From NCBI GenBank assembly GCA_005893305.1, contig VBOZ01000033.1, positions 79,058-143,057 on the forward strand: a stretch of 64,000 nt of DNA, in the 5' to 3' direction. The translations under genes were made by a program, and so were the position numbers. Of this stretch, positions 57,245-64,000 are shown piece by piece. This DNA is from Candidatus Eiseniibacteriota bacterium. Lineage in GTDB: Bacteria > Eisenbacteria > RBG-16-71-46 > SZUA-252. Each line of letters opens with the position of its first letter. Position 1 is the stretch's first letter. The notes beneath the pieces are model-generated. The model did not search any database. It was not told the origin of the DNA and saw only the letters and a list, made by a program, of their open reading frames with translations.

Positions 57245-60201
57245 CGCAAGAGAACCGCCTTCTGCACGCGCACCCTCCCTTGAGCCTGCAGCCGGAACAG
57301 GTAGATTCCGGCCCCGACCGGTCTCCCGCGGTCATCGGTACCGTCCCACGTGAACGGCAAGGTCCCCTCACGCCCGCGCGAGTCGGCCAGGGTACGGACG
57401 AGCGACCCGTCGGCGCGGAACACGCGTACCACATAGGGGCCGTCCCGGTCCAGCGAGACCCAGAATTGAGCGCTCGGCCGGAACGGGTTCGGCCGGATCC
57501 GGCCCATCGCGAGAACCCGCGGCGCGCCTGAGGGGATCGTGACGCGAACCGGCCCCGCCTCGGCATCCAGCTCGCCCGGGCGCGAGACCGTGATCCAGTA
57601 GGAGTAGGTCAGCCCGGGGATCACATCAGCGTCTTCAAGCATTCCATCGTTTCGTTCCGCATGGATCGTCGCGATGCGCCGGCGCGGCTCCGCGCCGAAC
57701 GCGCGGTCGAGCCCGACCGCGGCGCCGATTGCGTCCGCGAGCTTCCACTCGAGAGCAACCGCGGTCCGGCCGGGCACCACCGCCGCGTCGAAGCGCGTGA
57801 CCTCTACGGCGATCGGCGCGCACTGGTCGTTCCCAGTCACGGTCACGTCGTCGATCCACCAGCCCAGCCCCTCGAGCGAATCGTTCGACCGGAAACGGAA
57901 CCCGATCTGCACGACCCCGGACAGGCCCGTGAGCGGAACCTTGGCTTGGGTGAACGGAAGCACGCGCCCCGTCCATCGATCTCCGTTCGAGTAGCCGCCG
58001 ACCGGTGTGAGCGTGATCCACGTCTCGCCGCCGTCGGTCGATGCCTCGACCGTGAGGCCGTCGTTGACGGGCTCGCTGTCGTAGCGCTGCCAGAATGTGA
58101 GCGTGTCCGCGATGCCGGCGAGGCGGATCGGCTGGGACATGAGCCGGGCATCCTGCGAGGGCGCGTAGCTCCCGATCGTGCCGCTCGGACCCAGGCGCCA
58201 CGCGAACGAGGCGCCCAGCGTATGATCGAGCCCCCCCTCGCGGTGCCACTCGTTCGCCCCGTTGCAGTCTCCGGACGCCGCGGCCCAGCGGCGCACCTCG
58301 TTCTCGAAGTTTTCGCAAATGCCGGTCTTCGTCCCCACGAGAACCTGAACGCTGTCGCTGTCGACCAGACCCGGCGCGGCGAGGATCGAGAAAGACAGGT
58401 TCACCCCGCGCGGGTCGGGAGTGGAAAGAATGGTCGCCTGGATCACGGAGCCCGAGTCGACCCCCCCGAAGCTAGGAATCGAACCGTACAGGACGGAGTC
58501 CGGGTCGATGGTCATGAAGGACTCCGACCGAAGCCTCGCCTTGAGCGGGCCGGTCGGTGCCGCCGCGAGATTCACGAGCGGGAGCCTGAGGCGGACCGTC
58601 TCGCCCGGCTCGGCGAGGCCGTTGCCGTTGTTCGGAAACCCGTTGAAGGGAGAATCGTTGACCACGACCGCCTTGTGTCGCACGGAGATGCCGTTCACGA
58701 AGAAATCGGCTGTGATGTTGCCCGAGCTCTCCGAGAGATTCTTGATCGCGACCTGGCTCGGCCGATTGTCGCAGTAGGTTTTGCTGCTCGGGCAGGAGCT
58801 GGGATCGAACGAGGTCGCACCTTCCGGCCCGGGCCAGGGATCGTACTTGTCGCCTCGGTTTCCTTCCACGTTCCTCGTCTGCCCGCACGAAGTCTGCGGA
58901 GCGAGCGCGCCGCGGTGCACGTCCAGATTCTGCGCGCCCATGAAGCCGGAGAGAATCTCCGCTCCGCCGGCCTCCACCACGTCGAGCAGCTTGTGCGCGG
59001 CGTTGTTATTGCCCTGAGCGAAGGTGAGCGCGTCGTCGACGTGGTAGATGACGAGGCCGTGTGTCGCGCCGTCCCCCGCCTCGATGGACGAGCGGACGAG
59101 TCCCGCGTCGAAGCCGACCGGCTGGCGATTCTCGGCCAGGAAGTACTCCTGGGAATCCTCCCCGTTCGTCCAGAGGCGGAACACCTGGCCCGACGATTCC
59201 ACCGGCGGAATCGTGACGCCCGCCGAGTCGTGGAGCACCCAGGTCGGTGCGATCCATCCGAGCCGGATCTTGGACCACGCCGACATGTGCGCGGGGCTCG
59301 ACCCCGCGTTTTGCCCCGCGAGATGGCAGTAGACGCCCGAGCCCATGAGATCCCATTCCCCCACGCCCTCCGTTGCGCCCGGGGACGCGCTCAAGTCGTA
59401 CAGATCCGGGAGCCCGAGGACATGGCCGAACTCGTGGCAGAAGACCCCGATCGAGATCAGCCCTCCCGCGGTCGAGATCGGAGAGTCGTATGCCCACTCC
59501 TCGGGCTCGGTGGTGAACGCGGACATCCGCACGTTGTCCTTGATCAGCGACCCGGGCAGCGTGAATTTGTGGGACCACATGTCGTTTCCGCTCCCCGTCT
59601 CCTCGCCGCCCGGTCCCGCGTGCACGACGAATAGCCCGTCGACGAATCCGTCGGGAGCGCCGTTGGGCCCGTTGTTGTCGAACTGGGAGAAATCGACGTC
59701 GGGATTGGCGAGGTCGACGGCGTCGGCCACCATCCCCTGCGAGTTCTTGGGGAACACGCCGAAGCCGGACTGGCCGTTCGTGTAGTAGCTATAGAGGCTG
59801 TCCGCCGTGTACCAACCGAGCACGACTCCATCCACGTCGAACTGCCCGCGCGATACTTCCCGGTAGTAGTCCCGAAAGCTGCCGCCGGGACGCGTGCCGA
59901 CCGAGAAGAGGAGATCCTGATACTCGGCGGCGGTGTGGTTGAGCGTGTCGGCGGGGTTGTCGCGGAATTGGAGGAGGATCACGACGCACTTGAACGTGCC
60001 GATGGCGCCCGCGGCCATCGTCTCGGCCGCGTCGACGCCGGGTGCGCGATGGGGTATCCGGAACGGCGTTCCGGCTCGGGAAAGGTCGCGACTTCCGCGC
60101 CTGCCTGCAACATCCAGAGGAGGCGCCGCGTGCGCGGTCGACTCGGCAAGCAGCAAGCATAGCCCCGCGACGAGCCCCAACAGGCGCACGGAAGCCTCCA
60201 C
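57241..60201 (-). CDS. Secreted M6-family (immune-inhibitor-A-like) zinc metalloprotease with a T9SS/FlgD-Ig-type C-terminal sorting domain. Start is probably GTG 60201 (signal peptide); the ORF is open to 60294.
   Basis: HEXXH zinc site FCHEFGHVLGLPDLYD; signal peptide VRLLGLVAGLCLLLAESTAHAA; the C-terminal ~85 aa RIRPNPFRPSAQF...IYLFRLQAQGRVRVQKAVLLR looks like a Por-secretion CTD. Confidence 0.75.
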   Translation of the reverse strand: MEASVRLLGLVAGLCLLLAESTAHAAPPLDVAGRRGSRDLSRAGTPFRIPHRAPGVDAAETMAAGAIGTFKCVVILLQFRDNPADTLNHTAAEYQDLLFSVGTRPGGSFRDYYREVSRGQFDVDGVVLGWYTADSLYSYYTNGQSGFGVFPKNSQGMVADAVDLANPDVDFSQFDNNGPNGAPDGFVDGLFVVHAGPGGEETGSGNDMWSHKFTLPGSLIKDNVRMSAFTTEPEEWAYDSPISTAGGLISIGVFCHEFGHVLGLPDLYDLSASPGATEGVGEWDLMGSGVYCHLAGQNAGSSPAHMSAWSKIRLGWIAPTWVLHDSAGVTIPPVESSGQVFRLWTNGEDSQEYFLAENRQPVGFDAGLVRSSIEAGDGATHGLVIYHVDDALTFAQGNNNAAHKLLDVVEAGGAEILSGFMGAQNLDVHRGALAPQTSCGQTRNVEGNRGDKYDPWPGPEGATSFDPSSCPSSKTYCDNRPSQVAIKNLSESSGNITADFFVNGISVRHKAVVVNDSPFNGFPNNGNGLAEPGETVRLRLPLVNLAAAPTGPLKARLRSESFMTIDPDSVLYGSIPSFGGVDSGSVIQATILSTPDPRGVNLSFSILAAPGLVDSDSVQVLVGTKTGICENFENEVRRWAAASGDCNGANEWHREGGLDHTLGASFAWRLGPSGTIGSYAPSQDARLMSQPIRLAGIADTLTFWQRYDSEPVNDGLTVEASTDGGETWITLTPVGGYSNGDRWTGRVLPFTQAKVPLTGLSGVVQIGFRFRSNDSLEGLGWWIDDVTVTGNDQCAPIAVEVTRFDAAVVPGRTAVALEWKLADAIGAAVGLDRAFGAEPRRRIATIHAERNDGMLEDADVIPGLTYSYWITVSRPGELDAEAGPVRVTIPSGAPRVLAMGRIRPNPFRPSAQFWVSLDRDGPYVVRVFRADGSLVRTLADSRGREGTLPFTWDGTDDRGRPVGAGIYLFRLQAQGRVRVQKAVLLR

Positions 60202-60226
60202 CCGGCAGTCGAAGTTGTGGGGTCGC

Positions 60227-61678
60227 TTAGAGTTGTGCGGGAACGGGCTTCGCGCGTCCGAATCCGGCGCGCTCCTGCTTCCCCCAGCCACCACGCCCTA
60301 AGATGATATCCACCAAGGCGCCTAAGCGAAAGAAGAGAGTGAGGATGCGGTAGGAGAAGTTCTCGAGGACGCCGATGCCGACCATCTGGGCGAAATCACC
60401 CCAGGAGCGGTAGAGACCGAAGGAGAGCTCTTCCAGGAAGACCGAGGAGATCGACAGAAAGGCGCCCGAGGTCACGGAGAGGAAGAGGAACGCCCAGAAA
60501 AAGACGGGCGAAAGAATACCGAGAAAGTAGCAGATCGGAATCAGGACGTAACCCACCAACTCCACGATCGGCCCCATGAATTCGAAGAAGAAATAGTACG
60601 GGAGCCCGATCCAGCGGAGCGAGCCCGAGTGTTTCCCCCAGAGCAGCGACTTGTGGAGCCAGAGCGAGTGGATGAGCCCGCGGTACCACCGGTTTCGCTG
60701 GCGCGCGAGGGCGCCGAGGGTTTCGGGCACCTCCGTCCAGCAGATCGGATCCGGGAGGAAGACGACCGCATAGGGACGGCGCTGCTCGCGCATCCTGCGA
60801 TGCAGGCGGAGCACCAGCTCCATGTCCTCCGTCACCACTCCCCCGCGGTAGCCGCCCACCTCGATCACCACGTCCTTCCGGAAGAGGCTAAAGACGCCGG
60901 AGAGGATGAGAAGGTTGTTCATCGCGGAGAGGCCAAGGCGGCTCGCCACGAATGCGCGGAGATACTCGACCACCTGAAACGCGGCGAGAATGTTCGTCGG
61001 CAGCCTCGGCTCGACGACCCGGCCGCGCTCGACGCGGCATCCGTTCGCGACCCGCACCTGGCCCCCCACGGCGATCACGCGATCCGGATCCTCGAGGAAC
61101 GGACGCACGACGCGCAGGAGCGCGTTTTCCTGAAACAGCGAATCGGCGTCGATCGTGCAGAAGAGCGGGTAGCGCGACAGGTTGAGCCCCGCGTTCAGCG
61201 CGTCGCTCTTGCCGGCGTGCTCCTTATCGATGACGGTCAGATGCGGGGTCGTCGCCGATCGGTAGAGGCCGCGGATCGCGCCCTTGATCTCGAGGCTCTT
61301 CCGGAAGACCAGATCGCGCCGCTCCAGGCGGAACTCCTGGCGCAGGCGCTCCATCGTGTCGTCGGTCGATCCGTCGTTGATGACGATGACCTCGTGCTGC
61401 GGGTAGTCGAGCGAGAGAACGGAGCGCACCGAATCGATCACGCCGGCCGCTTCGTTGTACGCGGGCACGAGGACCGTGATCGGGAAGGTGAAGTGGGACT
61501 TGGCGACGGCCTCATAGTCGGCGTAGAAGTTCTGCGCGAGCCGGCGCCGCATGTCGAAGAAGGAGAGAATCAGGAGTCCGAAGAGCACGAGCTGGAGCGC
61601 GCTGAAGTAGATCAGGATGACGAGGCTCGTCGTGTTGATCACATCCATCCCCCAGGGGGGAACAGTCCAGCCGTGCAC
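60227..61678 (-). CDS. Family-2 processive glycosyltransferase (PgaC/IcaA/cellulose-synthase-like polysaccharide synthase)
   Basis: VLVPAYNEA, VIVINDGSTDD, DADS and QRNRWYRG (QxxRW) motifs with flanking TM helices. Confidence 0.8.
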   Translation of the reverse strand: MHGWTVPPWGMDVINTTSLVILIYFSALQLVLFGLLILSFFDMRRRLAQNFYADYEAVAKSHFTFPITVLVPAYNEAAGVIDSVRSVLSLDYPQHEVIVINDGSTDDTMERLRQEFRLERRDLVFRKSLEIKGAIRGLYRSATTPHLTVIDKEHAGKSDALNAGLNLSRYPLFCTIDADSLFQENALLRVVRPFLEDPDRVIAVGGQVRVANGCRVERGRVVEPRLPTNILAAFQVVEYLRAFVASRLGLSAMNNLLILSGVFSLFRKDVVIEVGGYRGGVVTEDMELVLRLHRRMREQRRPYAVVFLPDPICWTEVPETLGALARQRNRWYRGLIHSLWLHKSLLWGKHSGSLRWIGLPYYFFFEFMGPIVELVGYVLIPICYFLGILSPVFFWAFLFLSVTSGAFLSISSVFLEELSFGLYRSWGDFAQMVGIGVLENFSYRILTLFFRLGALVDIILGRGGWGKQERAGFGRAKPVPAQL

Positions 61679-61679
61679 G

Positions 61680-62747
61680 TTAGGCTCCTTCCCGCCTGGG
61701 CGCGATCGCGGTGACTCCCAGGGATGCGAGCGCCTCCACGGCGCTGTCGCGTGCGAACCGGTCCTCGCTCTCCAGGGCGGTCATGAGCGCCGGCTTCGCT
61801 GCCTCTCCCACGCGGACCAGCGCCTCGAGCGCGTTCCGACGCACCCACCACGACTGGTCTCGGAGCGCCTCCCCGAGGGAGCTCGCGAACGACGGGTCGG
61901 CGATCTTCCCCAGGGCCTCCGCCGCGTGAGCCCGGACATACCAGACCGGATCCTGGAGAAGCGGAGCGATCGTCGGCGCGCTCGACCGGTCCGCGATCAT
62001 CCCGATCGCCCAGACGGCGGCCGAGCGGACATCCGGGTCGGTATCCTGGAGCGCCTCGCTGACGGAGCGCGCCGCCCGGGGATCCGCGATTTCGCCCAGG
62101 ATCCGCGCCGCCCAGAAGCGGGCCTTGGGAGTGCCGTCGCGAAGGGTCTTGATCAGGAGCGGAGCGGTGCGGGGTCCCATCTCGATACAGATCGCGGCGA
62201 TCCGCGCCGAGACCGCCTGATCGTGCTTGCCCAGGAGCGCGATCAGGGCCTCCTCGGCGGCCTGGAGCTTCATCCGCCCGAGGGACCGGGCGGCCACGTT
62301 GCGGACGTCGGGGTCCTTGTCGTCGAGCGCGTGGAGCAGCGTCGGAATGGACATGGGAAGCTTGAGCTCGCCCAGGATCCGGAGCGCGTGCGCGCGATTC
62401 CATTTGAGGCGGCTCTTCGCGTCGCGGAGGAGGCGGGCCACGATGCCGGCCTCCTCCAGGTGGCGCAGCACGTCGAGCCGTAGCGGGAGCTCGAGCTGGC
62501 TGATCTCCACCGCGGCGAGCTCCGACCACCGGCCGGTCATCGAGCGCACGATCACCGCCATCGCCTCCCGCTGCCCGTCGGGGGATCGAAGCTTCAGGAA
62601 CGCGCGGCGCAGCTCATCGAGGAAACGTCTCTTGGAATCGGCCTCGCGATTCGAATAGACCTTGTTCGCGATCGCCGCGATGGTGGTCAACGCTACGATG
62701 CCGAGCAGGAGCCCGAGGGTGACGATCAGCGTCTCGAAGTGGATCAT
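61680..62747 (-). CDS. Membrane-anchored HEAT/PBS-lyase-repeat protein
   Basis: N-terminal TM MIHFETLIVTLGLLLGIVALTTIAAIA; repeated DPDVRNVAARSLGRM / DPDVRSAAVWAIGMI / VRAHAAEALGKI units. Confidence 0.65.
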   Translation of the reverse strand: MIHFETLIVTLGLLLGIVALTTIAAIANKVYSNREADSKRRFLDELRRAFLKLRSPDGQREAMAVIVRSMTGRWSELAAVEISQLELPLRLDVLRHLEEAGIVARLLRDAKSRLKWNRAHALRILGELKLPMSIPTLLHALDDKDPDVRNVAARSLGRMKLQAAEEALIALLGKHDQAVSARIAAICIEMGPRTAPLLIKTLRDGTPKARFWAARILGEIADPRAARSVSEALQDTDPDVRSAAVWAIGMIADRSSAPTIAPLLQDPVWYVRAHAAEALGKIADPSFASSLGEALRDQSWWVRRNALEALVRVGEAAKPALMTALESEDRFARDSAVEALASLGVTAIAPRREGA

Positions 62748-62757
62748 CGCCGCCCCC

Positions 62758-64000
62758 TCACCATCGCGCCGACGCGGAGAGACCGATGAACCAGGTCTCG
62801 TAAGAGTGGTTGTCGACCGAATACGCTCCCTCGATCGAGAGCGGGAGCGTGCCGAACGCGGTCATGTTGACGTTCCCGCTCCAGGCGTTGGTCCAGATAT
62901 CGCTGAAATTCGTCGAGCTCATGCCGGCGAACTCATAGCGCAGGCTGTAGTCGAGGGCCGACCGCTCGACGTAGCCGGCCAGGGTGACGCCGGCGGCGCC
63001 GCGCACGCTTGCCAACGGCGTGAAGTAGCTCTGCGACGGAACATTCCAATCCCGGTAGGTCAACCGTCCGTCGAGCGCGACCGTTGGGACGCGGGTCTTG
63101 ACCCGGTAGGTGACCCCGCCCGTCGTCATCCAGCTCCGGTTGTCGTCGGAATAGAATCCGCGCGATGCGGCCGCGTCCGCGGTGCCGCGGCCGTTCCATT
63201 GCCAGTCGAGCGCGGCCTCGTAATTGTCGAAGCGCCCGGGCGCGAATTCCCGGGGCCCGCTCGGCCTGGTCTCCTTGATCCCGACGTACTCCCGCCCCGC
63301 GGAGATCCGGGGCGTGAGCCGCCCCGAGTAGCGCCACAGGCGGCCGTTCCAGCCGAAGAACGTATCGTCACCGCGGAGAGGGAAGAGGGTGGCGCTGCCG
63401 CGCGGCTTGAACTTCTGATATTCCGCGCCGAACGCCGCCTGCCACGGATACCCGCGCAGAAGGGAGACGTCGGTGCGGTAGTCGACGCTCTTCACGTCGT
63501 AGTTCGTCGAGTCGCCGACCGCCGGCTTCTCGGTCAGCGTCAGCCACGCCACCCGACCGGAAACCTGGGCAGCGCGTCCGAGCGTCGCGCGGGCCAGTGC
63601 GAACGGCCCCTCCGTCTCGAGCGTGAAATCGGGGCCCGCGACGTACTGCCGCTCGCGGGCCGAGGTCCATCCGCCGCCGGCCGAGGGCAGGAGCGCGTCG
63701 CGCGTCGCTGACCGCTCGTCGGCGACGCCCTCGGAGTCGGCGCCCGTGCGCTCCGCCTTCTCGAGGAACCGGTCGGATGCGGTGGCGGCCCCCCGCCACC
63801 GGGCGACCGCCGCGAGCCCAAGCCACGCATCCCCGAGCTCCGGGTTTCGCGCCAGGAGCCGCTCGTACATCATCGATGCGCCCGCGAGATCGCCGCTCCA
63901 AGCAAGCGTGCGGGCGAGGCCGATCCGGGTCTCGACGTTCGCCGGGTCGGAGGCCAACGCGGCGCGATACTCGCGAATCGCCTCTTCGTGCCGTCCCGAC
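62758..64000 (-). CDS. Outer-membrane TPR-plus-beta-barrel protein (PgaA/BcsC-like polysaccharide export porin). The 5' end runs past the window edge, so the CDS is partial.
   Basis: The TPR-like N-terminal part continues in frame beyond nt 64000. The C-terminal half has alternating beta-strand character rich in Y/W/G and ends in the aromatic residues ...SARW. Confidence 0.6.
   Translation of the reverse strand, partial: SGRHEEAIREYRAALASDPANVETRIGLARTLAWSGDLAGASMMYERLLARNPELGDAWLGLAAVARWRGAATASDRFLEKAERTGADSEGVADERSATRDALLPSAGGGWTSARERQYVAGPDFTLETEGPFALARATLGRAAQVSGRVAWLTLTEKPAVGDSTNYDVKSVDYRTDVSLLRGYPWQAAFGAEYQKFKPRGSATLFPLRGDDTFFGWNGRLWRYSGRLTPRISAGREYVGIKETRPSGPREFAPGRFDNYEAALDWQWNGRGTADAAASRGFYSDDNRSWMTTGGVTYRVKTRVPTVALDGRLTYRDWNVPSQSYFTPLASVRGAAGVTLAGYVERSALDYSLRYEFAGMSSTNFSDIWTNAWSGNVNMTAFGTLPLSIEGAYSVDNHSYETWFIGLSASARW

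Overview
This is a 64 kb, high-GC (roughly 68-70% by eye) bacterial chromosomal segment that codes densely on both strands. I can support 48 protein-coding genes. I found no rRNA, tRNA or CRISPR array. Many long Arg/Gly/Pro-rich ORFs in the six-frame track are shadow ORFs, as expected at this GC, and I ignored them. The content is mostly core and housekeeping: groES-groEL, thyX, murJ, trxA, hflX, arfB, glgP/malQ, a BMP-type nucleoside ABC transporter, an ABC-2 exporter and M24 peptidases. There is also a lot of signalling: two GAF- or N-domain-linked HD-GYP phosphodiesterases, a 7TM-PP2C phosphatase with an RsbW-like kinase, a sigma-54 activator with a degenerate receiver, and a hybrid histidine kinase. 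An M6 metalloprotease at the far end carries a T9SS/FlgD-Ig-type C-terminal sorting domain; with the GC content this suggests, by inference only, an FCB-group or Gemmatimonadota-like organism. The most unusual loci, in order: (1) a tight operon of NUDIX, SbcD-like nuclease, membrane-anchored SbcC-like ATPase, an N-domain/HEAT protein and an N-domain/HD-GYP protein at 24.1-31.4 kb; (2) a DUF222/HNH endonuclease gene whose coding sequence contains a repeated perfect 22-bp palindrome plus stacked hairpins and 21-bp tandem repeats, behind a lower-GC upstream region; (3) a Rieske-[2Fe-2S]-FMN-reductase fusion next to an HDAC-like gene and two tandem paralogous membrane proteins; (4) a lower-GC secreted beta-propeller-like gene; (5) a partial exopolysaccharide-type locus (TPR-porin, HEAT membrane protein, GT2 synthase) at the window end.
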